Notes under the pieces: generated by a model
Database searches by the model: none
Told to the model about the DNA's origin: nothing
The model's input: the letters and a program-made list of their open reading frames with translations, nothing else
Made by a program: the position numbers and the translations under genes
Part shown: positions 37,411 through 51,193 of the stretch, in pieces
Layout of the letters: each line of letters begins with the position of its first letter
Position numbering within the stretch: position 1 is the first letter of the stretch
From: Malacoraja senta
Taxonomy: Eukaryota
Length of the DNA stretch: 64,000 nucleotides
Direction of reading: 5' to 3'
Assembly (NCBI GenBank): GCA_038087875.1
Contig: CM075992.1
Location: forward strand, 8,744,001-8,808,000

Positions 37411-40400
37411 GTGAGTACTCGTGAGCCGAACCTCTGTGGTAACGGGTGAACAGGTCTCTATATAATTGAAGGGTGCCAAAAACTGAAAGAACAATCAAAT
37501 TGTGGCACTGCAACTCCTCCCATTCCCAATCTGACCTTTCTGTCCTGGGCCTCCCCCATTGTCAGAGTGAGGCCCAGCGCAAATTGGAGGAACAGCACCA
37601 CATATTTCGCTTGGGCAGCTTACACCCCAGTGGTATGAAGATTGACATCTCTAACTTCAAGTAGCCCTTTCTTTCCCTCTCTCTCCATCCCCTCCCCAGT
37701 TCTCCCACCTGTCTTACTGACTCCAACCACATTTTATCTCTGTACCCGCCCACTCCCCTGACTTATATCCTACATCACTGTGTTTTGCTAGATTTTTCCA
37801 TACATCACCAGGCATGTCACAGTCTAAACTTAACGCAAGTATATATTTGACAAACGGGTCAGTTTTTGTTTTTATGGGCAAGTGCTTTTCTGAAGCACTG
37901 ATCAGTTCTTAAGTTGGTTTAAATTGACAGGCCCATTTCTGATGGAGCAGGTCAGCACACAGACAGTACCTTTGTCATCTTGCCGGCTGTGATATTGTAA
38001 AGTTCATGTGTGTGAGGACTTTGTTTTAAAAGACAAATAACTTTCTTCTTCCTTTTCCGAAGCGTTTTGGCCATTTTACTGTGTAAAAGTTGTCATGTAT
38101 GCACGCGCAGTCTTCATTTGGGGTGTTCAAGTAAAATACTCTTCTGGACATTGATTTCCCTTCAAATAAAATATTATACCCCGAGTATAATTCCTCAATA
38201 TCCGTTTTGAAAATGAGATATAAATTCTGATGGAGACACAAGAGATCGCAGATGCTAGAATGTGGAGCAATAAATGAAGTACTGGAGGAACACAGCGGTC
38301 AGGCACAGTGGACAGACGACGTTGACTATCCATTCCCTCCACAGATGCTTTTTGACCCGCTCAGTTCTTCCGGCACTTGATAAATTCTGATACCCATTTT
38401 GTGCTTTTGAAATAGCTGCTGCTATGTTTTATTGGGAATGCAGAGGTCCAACATGACATGTGATGTTTCATCTTGCCACTGTTGTAATTAGTTTAGTGCA
38501 GTTTAGAGATAAAGCACGGAATTAGGCCCTTCGGCCCTCTGAGTCCATGCCGACCAGTGATCACCGCACACTAACGCTCTCCTACACACTGTAGGGCCAA
38601 TTTACCATTATACCAAGCCGTTTAGCATACAAACCTGTACGTCTTTGGAGTGTGGGAGTGTAGTTTAGAGATGCAGCGTGAAAACAGGCCCTTCAGCCCA
38701 CGTCGACCAGCGATTCCCGCACACTAACACTATCCTACACACACTAGGGGCAATTTTACACATACACCAAGCCAATTAACCTACAAACCCGCACGTCTTT
38801 GGAGTGTGGGAGAAAACCCACGCAGGTCACGGGGAGAACGTACAAACTCCATACAGACAACACCCGTAGTCAGGATTGAACCTGGGTCCCTGGCGCTGCT
38901 GCACCTCTATTTTGGCACTTTTTGAATCTTTATGTCCCTTGTCCATGCTGACCAAGTTGTCAAATTGGTCTACTCCCATTTGGCACATAGCCCTCTAAAC
39001 CTTTCCTATCATGTCAACTACACTTGCTTCTGAATGAGACAACCTATTCCTTGGAAAGTACTCAGTAAACTCAAACATGGTTTTAAAAATGATTTTGCGG
39101 GTCTTCTCTTGCCACTTCATAAGCTGACGTGGATTTGTTAAGTTTTCCTAATGTGCTTCCTACAGCCCACACAAAACATTTTAAATGATCGTGAGGCTGA
39201 GAAACCTGATTTACCTTTTCACTTGCAATCTCTATCCCTTCCTGTCCCTGTGTTTATCATTTTCTCTTTTAATACCTGTCTTTAATTTGATTTAACATCT
39301 CTTTCCAACTTTGATCCCTTGCCTGCACTATTCAGCGTCATTGAGTCACAAGGCACGGAAACAGGCCCTTCGGCCCAACTTGCCGATGCCGACCAAGATG
39401 CCCCATCTACTCTAGTGCCAAAGCACCACCCACATTTGGCCCGTATCCCTCTAAACCTTTCCTATACAAGTACCTGTCTAAATCCCTTTTAAATGTTGTT
39501 ATAGTATCTGCCAGAAATGGCGGCACGGTGACGCAACGGTAGAGTTGCTGCCTTACAGCTCTCGCAGCGCAGGAGACCCAGGTTCGATCCCAACTACGGG
39601 TGCTGTCTGTACGGAGTTTGTACGTTCTCCCCGTGTCCTGCGTGGGTTTTCTCCAAGATCTTCGGTTTCCCCCCACACTCCAAAGATGTACAGGTTTGTA
39701 GGTTAATTGGCTATGTGTAAAATTGTCCCTAAAAGATGTGTGAAGGATAGTGTTAGTGTGCGGGGATCGCTGGTCGGCGCGGACCGAAGGGCCTGTTTCT
39801 ACGCCCTATCTCAACTAAACTACCTCCTCTGGCAACTCGTTCCATATACCCACACACAGTATGAGAGTAACTCAGCGGGTAAGGCAGCATCTCTGGAGGG
39901 TCCCGGCCAGAAATATCACAAATTAATCCATGTCCTCCAACGATGCTGCCTGACCCGCTGAATTACTCCAGCACTATTTTTTTTTGTAAACCAGCATCTG
40001 CAGTTTCTTCTGTCTAATAATTTGTCCAATACATTTGCTTCATAAGGGCTAACGACTAAATGGCAAAAATAAAAATTCTGAGAACCTGATTAAGGTAAGT
40101 TTTTATAAAAGTAATTTTGGAAAACTAAATTTTAACATTGGTTAAAATAAAATTTAACAATATCATTTTAAATCTATACCTGGCTGTACAACATATTAAT
40201 CAACTAGGAATTAAAATCTGCATGTGCATACTTAACAATGTCATTGCTGCCCCTTTTGGCATGGCTTTTGTGATATAGTGAATATAATTTAGTTTCTTCT
40301 ACAATGATCATAGGTTGGAAGATTTGTAGTTTGATGCGATAAATCTTTGTTGCATTGAAGCACACAAAACTGAAAGATATAGGCCCACATGCAGTGGTAA

Positions 40401-41773
40401 TGTTCTATTTCTTTGAAAGATTTTCTCCAGCAATGACCATTAATAGTTCTTGCAGTTGGACTCAAACTAAGCTGCTCAGAATGGTCCAACTTAATTTTCT
40501 CTCTGCTCCCGATTCTTGCTGGGGTTTCAGCCCATGAATGTCTACAGATTTCACGCATCTAAAGGAGGATGGTTGAACTACCAGACAGCGTGGAGTCTGA
40601 ACTAACAACAGAAAATGACATTAGACTTTAGTGATTTACACTTTAGCCGTACAGCACAGAAACAGGCCCTTTGGCCCACCAAGCTTGCACCGACCAGTGA
40701 TCTCCCCATACATTAGGACTATCTTGTTCACTAGGGACAATTTACAATTTTTTTTTAACAGACAATTAACCTACAAAACTGTATGCCTTTGGAGGGTGGG
40801 GGGGGGGGGGGGCACCTGGAGAAAACCCACAGAGCGTTTACAGAGAGAGAATGAACAAACTCCGTACAGATAGCACCCGTAGTCGGGATCGGACCAGGAT
40901 CTCCGGAGCTGTAAGGCAGCAACTCTACCGCTGCGCCACTGTGCTGCCCAGCAAAACACTCGGGCAACATCTGTCCAAATAAAGTGCAAACTCCAGCTCA
41001 ACTCTGCCTGTCCCGCCGGGTTAACCGACAGCCCTGGACTGACGGGACACTGGCCCGGAGCAGTGGAGTTAACACTTAGTCTCCGCGCTGGCTGTAAGCC
41101 TGGGCCGCCACTGCTCCGGGCCGGTGTTCCGTCAGCCTAGGGTCACCCTGGACATCTCCGGCCGCCTCCGGACAGGGATGGGACATTCGGGAGGGGATGG
41201 GGATGGTCCAGTAGCAATTCAACAGCGCTTGCAGTGCTGGAGACCGGGTTCGATCCTGACTACACATAAAGCGCAGGTCTGTATACATGCAGCAGCTCAG
41301 CTGCCGAGAATGTTTATTGCAAATGACCTATGACCTGGGCATGCACAATCGGAATACCGAACTCGCTTATAAATGAATGCAAGGAATGAAAAGAACAAAT
41401 CAAAGCCAGCACCAGTGATCAAGGAAAGATGGAGCCCACAATGGTCCATTGTTGGCTGTGGAAAAGGTGATAACGAGGGGATCCGAACAAACTAAGCAGG
41501 ACGATAGTAAAACTATTCATAAAACTAGGGTGGGGGAAGGACGGAGAGGGAGGGAATGCAAGCGTTACTTGAGATGAGAGAAATGTAATATATCACTAGG
41601 TTGTATGCTTTGTCCTCATTTTGGTATAAAGAAGCTATTTTTACTCATTCCCAAGGAAGCAGTTACTGTTCCTTTATAAAGACCACTTTGGAAGAAAGCA
41701 TTGATCCCATTGCACTTTCCTTGCACGTCTCTTCCCATTCAGTCCCTTGACACTTGCAGCCTTTCTCCCGTAG

Positions 41774-41937
41774 GTGGCGACCCTTCTGGAGGAGAAGAAC
41801 AGCTTGCTGGCTGAGAACAAGTTGCTGCGTGAGGGGATGAGCCGCTCCAACTCGCTGGAGGACTCGACCACCGCCACCAACAAGAAGCTCCTTCTACTGC
41901 AGAGCCAGCTGGAGCTGGTGCAGGAGGAGAACTACAG
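41774..41937 (+). CDS. HOOK2: HOOK2 exon 9 (VATLLEEKNSLL...QEENYR), coiled coil
   Basis: cccgtag acceptor, gtactt donor, phase 0/2. KKLLLLQSQLE motif typical of HOOK2. Confidence 0.93.
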
Positions 41938-43019
41938 GTACTTTCCTCCTCATGCTCAGAGACTGATCTTTCAAGGGCGGCATGGTAGCGCAGCGGGAGT
42001 GTTGCTGCCTTACAGACCTTGCAGCGCCAGAGACCTAGGTGCTGCCTGTACGGAGTTTGCACGTAATCCCTGTGACCGCATGGGTTTTCTCCCAGATCCT
42101 CGGTTTCCTCCCACACTTCAAAGACGTACACTTTTGTAGGTTAATTGGTTTGGTACAAGTGTAAATTGTCCCTAGTGTGTGTGGGATAGTGTTAGTGTCC
42201 GATGATCGCTGGTCGGTGCGGACTCCGTTTCCACGCTGTATCTCCAAACTAAACTGAACTACAGTTAGACAAATAGCAGAGAGTGATACAGTATGGAAAC
42301 AGGCCCTTCGGCCCAACTTGGTCACACCAGCCAACATGTCCCAGCTACACTAGTCCCACCTGCCTGCGTTTGGTCCATATCCCTCCAAACCTGTCCTATC
42401 CATGTACCTGTCTAATTGTTTCTTAAACGTTGCAATAATCCCTGCGTCAACTACCTCCTCCGGCAGCTCGTTTCATACATCCACTACCTTTTGTGGTAAC
42501 TTTGTATAACTGCTGCACGTGGCATAGCAGTAGAGTTGCTGCCTCACATCGCCAGAGACCAGGGTTCGATCCTGATCTGTACGGAGTTTGTGCGTTCTCC
42601 CCGTGACCTGCGAGGGTTTTCTCCGGGTGCTCTAGTTTCCTCTCCTCCAAAAATGTACAGGTTCGTAGGCTATTTGGCTTGGTATAAATGTAAATTGTCC
42701 CGAGTGTGTGTAGGGTAGTGTTAGTGTGCGGGGATCGCTGGTCGGTGTGGACTTGGTGGGCTGAAGGGCCTGTTTCCGCGCTGTATCTCTAAACTAAACT
42801 AAACGGGTAACTATCGACTGCTCCTGTGATGCTGATCCATTCCAGTGACTTTACTGGAGTTGGAATGTGTGTAACTAAAAGCTGTTAAATTAGTCTGTTC
42901 TACACGGAGTGATAATTATCTATCTCCCATCCATTTTCAAATAGAATCCAAAGATTGCCTGAGTACTTGCAACTAACACTTAAATGTTCTGATCTTCTGT
43001 AATCCTCATTCATTCTCTT

Positions 43020-44790
43020 GCAGTCAGAAACAGGTGAATTGATCATGGGGAACAAGGACATGGCAGACCAATTGAATAACTACTTTGGTTCTGTCTTCAC
43101 TAAGGAAGACATAAATAATTTGCTGGAAATAGCAGGGGACCGGGGGTCAAATGAGATGGAGGAACTGAGTGAAATCCAGGTTAGCCGGGAAGTGGTGTTA
43201 GGTAAATTGAATGGATTAAAGGCCGATAAATCCCCAGGGCCAGATCGGCTGCATCCCAGAGTACTCAAGAAAGTAGCTCCAGAAATAGTGGATGCATTAG
43301 TGATAATTTTTCAAAACTCTTTAGATTCTGGAGTAGTTCCTGAGGATTGGAGGGTGGCTAATGTAACCCCACTTTTTAAAAAGGGAGGGAGAGAGAAAAC
43401 GGGGAATTACAGACCAGTTAGTCTAACATCGGTAGTGGGGAAACTGCTAGAGTCAGTTATTAAAGATGGGATAGCAGCACATTTGGAAAGTGGTGAAATC
43501 ATTGGACAGTCAGCATGGATTTATGAAAGGTAAATCATGTCTGACGAATCTTATAGAATTTTTTGAGGATGTAACTAGTAGAGTGGATAAGGGAGAACCA
43601 GTGGATGTGTTATATCTAGACTTTCAGAAGGCTTTCGACAAGGTCCCACATAAGAGATTAGTATACAAACTTAAAGCACACGGTATTGGGGGTTCAGTAT
43701 TGATGTGGATAGAGAACTGGCTGGCAGACAGGAAGCAAAGAGTAGGAGTAAACGGGTCCTTTTCAGAATGGCAGGCAGTGACTAGTGGGGTACCGCAAGG
43801 CTCAGTGCTGGGACCCCAGCTATTTACAATATATATTAATGATTTGGACGAGGGAATTGAATGCAACATCTCCAAGTTTGCGGATGACACAAAGCTGGTG
43901 GGCAGTGTTAGCTGTGAGGAGGATGCTAGGAGGCTGCAAGGTGACATGGATAGGTTGGGTGAGTGGGCAAATCCATGGCAGATGCAGTATAATGTGGATA
44001 AATGTGAGGTTATCCACTTTGGTGGCAAAAACAGGAAAGTAGACTTATCTGAATGGTGGCCGATTAGGAAAAGGGGAGATGCAACGAGACCTGGGTGTCA
44101 TGGTACACCAGTCATTGAAAGTAGGCATGCAGGTGCAGCAGGCAGTGAAGAAAGCAAATGGTATGTTAGCATTCATAGCAAAAGGATTTGAGGATAGGAG
44201 CAGGGAGGTTCTACTGCAGTTGTACAGGGTCTTGGTGAGAACACACCTGGAGTATTGCGTACAGTTTTGGTCTCCTAATCTGAGGAAAGACATTCTTGCC
44301 ATAGAGGGAGTACAGAGAAGGTTCACCAGACTGATTCCTGGGATGTCAGGACTTTCATATGAAGAAAGACTGGATAGACTCTGCTTGTACTCGCTAGAAT
44401 TTAGAAGATTGAGGAGGGATCTAATAGAAGCTTACAAAATTCTTAAGGGGTTGGACAGGCTAGATGCAGGAAGATTGTTCCCGATGTTGGGGAAGTCCAG
44501 AACAAGGGGTCACAGTTTAAGGATAAGGGGGAAGTCTTTTAGGACCGAGATGAGAAAAATATTTTTCACACAGAGAGTGGTGAATCTGTGGAATTCTCTG
44601 CCATAGAAGGTAGTTGAGGCCAGTTCATTGGCTATATTTAAGAGGGAGTTAGTTGTGGCCCTTGTGGCTAAAGGGATCAGGGGGTATGGAGAGAAGGCAG
44701 GTACAGGATACTGAGTTGGATGATCAGCCATGATCATATTGAATGGCGGTGCAGGCTCGAAGGGCTGAATGGCCTACTCCTGTACCTATG
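43020..44790 (+). mobile_element. 5'-truncated CR1-clade LINE (HER1-like) with RT domain
   Basis: Motifs GNYRPVSLTSVVGK, QHGFMKGKSCLTNL, YLDFQKAFDKVPH, GVPQGSVLGP and FADDTKL. Two frameshifts. 3' tail ggcctactcctgtacct. Confidence 0.93.
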
Positions 44791-46133
44791 TTGGCACAGT
44801 GCAGATGGTTAGTTGTACAACATGGTGATGTAAAGGGACAGACGACACCCTGTCTGATAGCACATAGAAAATAGACAATAGGTGCAGGAGTAGGCCATTC
44901 GGCCTTTCGAGCCAGCACCGCCATTCAATGTGATCATGGCTGATCATCCCCAATCAGTACCCCGTTCCTGCCTTCTCCCCATATCTTTAAGAGCCCTATC
45001 TAGCTCTCGCTTGAAAGTATCCAGAGAACCGGCCTCCACCGCTCTCTGAGGCAGAGAATTCCATTGACTCGCAACTCTCTGAGAAAAAGTGTTTTCTCGT
45101 CTCCGTTTTAAATGGCTTACCCCTTATTTTTAAACTGTGGCCCCTGGTTCTGGACTCCCCCAACATCGGGAACACGTTTCCTGCCTCTAGCGTGTCCAAA
45201 CCCTGAATAATCTTCAGGCTTCAAGGTTCCACCCGATGCCGGTGTTCCAGCTTCCCGGCGGGTGGGCCTACAACATCGGGCTGCCGTTGCGGCGACTGAC
45301 TGCGGAGCCCTCAAACTGGCCCCGATCTCGGGTGGACTAGGAGGAGGACTGGACATTTTGGTGCCTTTCCCTCGCAGTGGAGAGTGTCGACTCTGCTGTG
45401 GGGGGATGTTCGTGTTGAGTCTCTGATAGTGTCGTGTCTTTTTTATTCTACCTTTTTATTTTTTATTTGTGTGGATAATTCTCTGGAAAGCACTTTGGTT
45501 TCAGTGATCTGATTGAAAAGCACTATATAAATAAACTTACTTTACTTACTTTACTTTACTTTAAGTCCTTCTAGCTTTCTATTCAGCCTCCACTGCAATC
45601 AGTCTGAAGAAGGGTCCTGATCCAAAACGTCACTTATCCATGTTCACCAGAGATGTTCGTTACCTGACCCGCTGAGTCACTCCAGCACTTTGTGCCTTCC
45701 CTTGGTAACCAACATGTGCAGTTTTTGTTCGTTTCTTGGAGATGCAGTGTGGAAATGGCCCACTGGGTCCACGTGGACCAATGATCACCCGTTCACTGTT
45801 TCTATCCTGCACACTGGACATCATTTACAGAAGCCAAATAACCTACAAACCTGCACGTCTTCGGTGTGCGGGAGGAAACCGGAGCACCCGGAGAAAACCC
45901 ACGCGGTCACGGGGAGAACGTACAAACTCCGTTTGTACAGACAACGCCTGTAGTCAGGATGGAACCTGGTTTTCCGGCGCTGTGAGACAATAGACAATAG
46001 GTGCAGGAGTAGGCCATTCGGCCCTTCGAGCCATTCAATGTGATCATGGCCGATCGTGTTAGGTAGCAACTCTACCGCTGTGCCGCGCTTGTTCCTTGTT
46101 TCCACAAAGTTAAATCGTTCCTCTTTTGCCCAG

Positions 46134-46274
46134 ATTGGACGCAATCAAAGATGACTTCCGCATCCGGTGCGAGGAGATGGAGAAGGAATCGTCGGAGCTG
46201 CAGCACAGGAACGACGAGCTCACCAGCCTGGCTGAGGAATCGCAGTCCCTCAAAGACGAAATGGACATCTTGAG
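46134..46274 (+). CDS. HOOK2: HOOK2 exon 10 (LDAIKDDFRIRCEEMEKE...LKDEMDILR)
   Basis: ttttgcccag acceptor, gtgagc donor, 141 nt, phase 2/2. Confidence 0.93.
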
Positions 46275-47992
46275 GTGAGCTCCAAAGCAGAATTGCATGA
46301 TCCCAGGAATGAGTGGGTTCACATATGATGAGCGTTTGACGGCACTGGGCCTGTACTAGCTGGGAGTTTGGAAGGATGAGGGGTGGGGGGGTGACCTCAT
46401 TGAAACTTACCGAATAGTGAAAGGCCTGGATAGAGTGGATGTGGAGAGGATGTTTACACCAGTGGGAGAGCCTAGGACCAGGGGCCACAGACTCAGAGTA
46501 AAAGGATGTCCCATCAGAAAGGAGATGAGGAATTTCTTGAGTCAGATGGTGGTGAATCTGTGGAATTCGTTGCCACAGACAGTAGTGGAGGCCTAGTCAT
46601 TGGGTATTTTTAAGGCGGAGATTGACAGATTCTTGATTAGTGCAGGTGTCAAGGATTCTGGGGAGAAGGCTGGAGAATGGAGTTGAGAGGGAAAGATAGA
46701 TCAGCCATGATTCAATGGCAGAGTAGACTTGATGGGCCTAATTCTGCTCCTAGATCTTATGAACTTGTATTAAAAACTAATTTGTTTTGGACAAGTGATG
46801 GAAATGGAATCGCAGCAGGCATTAGGTATCTCCTGCTGGAAAGGTTCAGATATATTTGTTGTTCTCTGCGTACCCCAGCCAATTTGCCAACTGCTTTTAA
46901 TTTCTCCAAGTTCGATGATGATGATACTTTATTGTCACATATACTTAGGCACAGTGACATTCTTTGTTTTACATACAATCCAGTAAAATCATACTATAGA
47001 TGAACACAATCATAGCTAAGTACAAAAGGGCAATGATTGTGGTGTAATAGTAAACTTCGCCGAGACAGCACACCGAGAGTCGCCACGTTTCTGTGCGCCC
47101 ACAAAGTTCTTTAAGAGTGCGGTCTTAGCTTGTCCGTAAAGGCCCGTCGTCCTGGCGACACCGAACCTCTCCTCCATCGGCCACCATCTTGAAAACGGCC
47201 CACTGTCCAGCGTCTGCCGCCATCGCCGACTCCCTCCACCCTCACTTGGGGTCGAGCAGGAGACGAACCTAGGACGACTCCAGGTGGGGTCCCAGTTCTG
47301 CGGCGGGCGGGCGAGCCAAGCTTGCTGCCGGGGTACGGCCGCGGCTCGCCGGAAGCTTATTTATTCATTGACCTGTGCCAAGAACCATTTAGACGAACCA
47401 TTTAGGGGGGCGTACATTTTACCTTGACCTGCTTTTTTAACCAGATACTAAGAAGTGGCTTACAGCAGAGATCTCTTGATCAGAACAGGGTGTCAAGAGT
47501 TATGGGGAGAAGGCAGGCAAAAGAGTTATGGGGAGAAGGCAGGATTAGGAGGCAGAGATGCGCCATGATTGAATGACGGAGTACACTCGATGGGCCAAAT
47601 GGCCTAATTCTACTCGAATAACTTGTGAACTTGTGTGATACTGCGTGTTTTTTTCTCTTGTCGTGGTCCCTGGTATCAATGGGTATTTTTAAAGCAGAAG
47701 TTGATAGGTTCCTGATTAGTAAGGGTGTCAAAAGTTAAGGAGAGAAGGCAAGAGAATGAGATTGAGTGGAAAATTAGATCAGCCATAATCGATAATTCTG
47801 CTCCTATGTCTTCTGATCTTATGATATCCGTAAGCTCAAATGAGATGTTAATGAATACAGTAAAGGTCCTGAAGTTTATGAAAGGTTTGATGATGTGCTT
47901 GCTAGGAGCAGCCATGTCTCTATGGCGGGAATACCAAATTGTCCCTAATAAACGGAATCTGGTGTCCCTGGAGCCATTGCTTTTCTCAGATA

Positions 47993-48310
47993 CGGGCAGC
48001 ACGGTAGCGCAGCGGTAGAGTTGCTGCCTTAAAGCGCCATACACCCGGGTTACATCCTGACTACAAGTGCTGTCTGTACGGAGTTTGTACGTTCTCCCCG
48101 TGACCTGCATGGGTTTTCTCCGAGATCTTCGGTCTCCTCCCATGCTCCAAAAACATACAGGTTTGCAGGTTAATTGGCTGGGTGTAATTGTAAATTGTAA
48201 ATTGCCCCAGTGCGTGTGGGATAGTGTTAGTGTGCGGGGACCGCTGGTCGGCGCAGAATCGGTGGGCTGAAGGGCCCTGTTTCCGCGATGTATCTCTGAA
48301 CTAAACTAAA
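47993..48310 (+). mobile_element. HE1-like tRNA-derived V-SINE (representative of more than 20 copies in both orientations)
   Basis: tRNA-like head ggtagcgcagcggtagagttgctgcc...gggtt, V-domain gtttgtacgttctccccgtg...ctcc, CR1-like tail ending (ctaaa)n. Copies include 1118, 4480, 14035, 24145, 32265(-), 36997, 38660(-), 39520, 40630(-), 41975, 42515, 49058, 55204 and 62870. Confidence 0.85.
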
Positions 48311-48338
48311 TTATTAAGGTCTTCCTTGATATTCGCAG

Positions 48339-48540
48339 GCATTCTTCAGACAGAGTCAGCAAGCTGGAGGCCACTGTCGAAGCCTACAAGAGGAAACTGG
48401 AGGACTTGGGAGACCTGCGTAGACAAGTCAAGCTCCTGGAGGAGAGGAACACTGTCTACATGCAGAAGACCTTCGACTTGGAGGAGGAGCTGAAGAAGGC
48501 TAACTCGGTCCGCAGCCAGCTGGAGGTCTACAAGAGACAG
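48339..48540 (+). CDS. HOOK2: HOOK2 exon 11 (HSSDRVSKLEATVEAYKRKLEDLGDLRRQVK...YKRQ)
   Basis: ttcgcag acceptor, gtacac donor, 202 nt, phase 2/0. Confidence 0.93.
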
Positions 48541-49374
48541 GTACACTAGATCATATTGTTATCTCACTTTGTGACTTTAGTGAATTGTCACGTTACAACT
48601 AACAATCAGCATTGTCTGCAAGAGAAGGAATGAAGATTACAGACAAGGGCGACATTTAAGTTTTGGTTGTAAGGCAGCACTGTGGCGCAGCGGTAGAGTT
48701 GCTGCCTTTACAGCCCGAGGGACCCGGGTTCCATCCCGACTACAGGTGCTGACTGACCACGTGGGTTTTCTCCGGGTGCTCCGGTTTCCTCCCACATTCC
48801 AAAGTCATGCGGGTTTGTAGGTTAATTTACTTTGGTAAAGTGCCCCTAGTGTGTAGAATGTGAAACTGGGATAATGGGGAACTAGCGTGCAGGTGATCAT
48901 TTGGTCGGCGTGGGCTGAGGGGCCTGTTTCCACGTTGAATCTCCAAAAACCAAAACAGGAATCAAGCAATCTTTGGACTTCTCTTTGAATATACATGGGA
49001 GATAGATAAAATTAGATTAACACTACAATCTGGCTAATGGGAGGATGTTTCAGTACTCGGTGGCGCAGCGGTAGAGTTGCTGCCTTACAGCGCCAGAGAC
49101 CCGGGTTCCATCCCGCCGACGGGTGCTGTCTGTACGGAGTTTGCACGTTCTCCCCGTGACCACGGGAGTTTTCTCCGAGATTTTCGCCTTCCTCCCACAT
49201 TCCAAAAGCGTGCAGGCTTGTAGGTTAATTGGCTTGGTATGTGTGAATTATGTGTAGGATCGTGTTAATGGGCAGGGATCGCTGGTCGGAGCGGACTTGA
49301 TGGGCTGAAGGGCATGTTTCTGCACTGTATCACTAAACTAAACTCTGGTAACAATCGGGAAGAAACTGTTCCTG

Positions 49375-51060
49375 AAGAGAAAGCATATAACAGTGCAAAG
49401 ATTAGTGGGAAGCCAGAGGATTGGGAAGCTTTTAAAGAACAGCAGAAGGTAAATAAAAAGGCAATACGGGGAGAATAGATGAAATACGACGGTAAGCTAG
49501 CTAATAATTTAAAATAATTTCTTCAGTTATATAAAGAGCAAGAAAGAGGCAATAGTGGACGTTGGGCCGCTGGAGAATGATGCCGGTAAAGAGATAATGG
49601 GGAATAAAGAAGGCAGAGGAGTTGAATAACTTCTTTGCATCAGTTTTCATAGTGGAAGACACCAGCAATGTGCCTGAAATGGAAAAGAGTCAGGGGGTGT
49701 AATTTAGTGCAGTGGCTATTTCTAAGGAGAAGGTGCTTGGGAAGCTGAAAAGGCTGAAGGTGGATAAGTCACCTGGACAGCAGGCTAAGGTTCTGAAAGA
49801 GGTGGCTTTCGAGATTGTGGAGGCATTAATAGTAATATTTCAAGAATCACGAGAGTCAGGGGTGGTTCCAGACGATTGGAAAATTGCCAATATTACCCTG
49901 CTGTACAAGAAGGGAGCAAAGCAGAATAGTGGGAACTATAGGCTGGTTAGTCCGACTTCAGCGGTTGTTAAGATTTTAGAGTCCATTATAAAGAATGAGG
50001 TTTGTGTAAGAAAGAACCGCAGATGCTGGTTTATATCGAAGGTAGACACAAAATGCTGGAGTAACAGTGGGTCAGGCAGCATCTCTGGACAAAAGGAATG
50101 GGCGACGTTTCGGGTCGAGACCCTTTGTTCAGACTTAAAGAATGAGGTTACGGAGTACTTAGATCGATTAGACAGCTGCAGCTGATTCAGAACGCTGCTG
50201 CTCGAGTCCTCTCTAAGACTAAGAAAGTGGATCACACTCCAGTTTTGAGATCTTTACACTGGCTTCCAGTCTGTCAAATAATTGATTTCAAAATATTACT
50301 GTTGGTTGATAAAGCACTGAATGGTCGAGGGCCAAAATACATTTCTGATCTTCTGCTACATTATGAACCACCCAGACCTCTGAGATCATCTGGGTCAGGT
50401 CTGCGTTCTGTCTCCACAATCAGAACTAAACATGGAGAAGCAGCGTTTAGTTTTTATGCACCACATATATGGAACAAACTTCCAGAAAAATGCAGGTCGC
50501 TCCAACTCTGTTCTTTTAGAAACATAGACAATAGGTGCAGGAGGAGCCATTCGGCCCTTCGAGCCAGCACCGCCATTCATTGTGATCATGGCTGATCGTC
50601 CCCTATCAATAACCCGTGCCTGCCTTCTCCCCATATCCCTTGATTCCACTAGCCCCTAGAGCTCTATCTAACTCTCTTAAATCCATCCAGTGACTTGGCC
50701 TCCACTGCCCTCTGTGGCAGGGAATTCCACAAATTTTAAATTGGGGCTGAAGACTTTTCTGTTTGACGCTACCTTTAATTACTTTTAATTTTAATTAAAT
50801 TAAATAATTATTCATATGTAACACGACACTGTAATTTTAATTCTTGTATTTTATACTTGCTTTATTGTATTTTAGCTTGTTTTTATTTTCTATTCTTTTT
50901 AATGACTTTTTAATTGCTTTTCATTGCTTTTTAATTCTTTGTGTAAAGCACTTTGAATTGCCTTGTTGCTGAAATGTGGTATATAAATAAACTTGCTTGC
51001 TTGCTCGCTCAGATGTTCATGATAAAATAAGCCAAAGTCAGTATGGTTTTGTGAAGGGGA
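49375..51060 (+). mobile_element. CR1 fragment carrying nested Penelope-tail, L2 and HER1 insertions
   Basis: VVPDDWKIANITLLYKKG...GNYRLVS, with CR1 sequence resuming at about 51015 (caaagtcagtatggttttgtgaaggg). Confidence 0.75.
50165..51005 (+). mobile_element. L2-clade LINE 3' part
   Basis: LQLIQNAAARVL...PVLRSLHWLPV...LRSSG. End tgtaaagcactttg...ataaataaa(cttg)n. Confidence 0.85.
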
Positions 51061-51193
51061 TCAAGTACTTGATGGGCCGAATGGCCAAATTCTGCTTCTA
51101 TCACTTATGGATATCGTGGTTTGCGCTTTCAAACATTTGTTTCTTTGGCCCGACGGAAGCAGGGATGAGTTAGGTGAAAATGTTCCTTGCTTA

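Noticed and set aside
47993..48070. tRNA gene
   Set aside because: It is the tRNA-derived head of the HE1 SINE, continuous with the V-domain and present in many degenerate copies.
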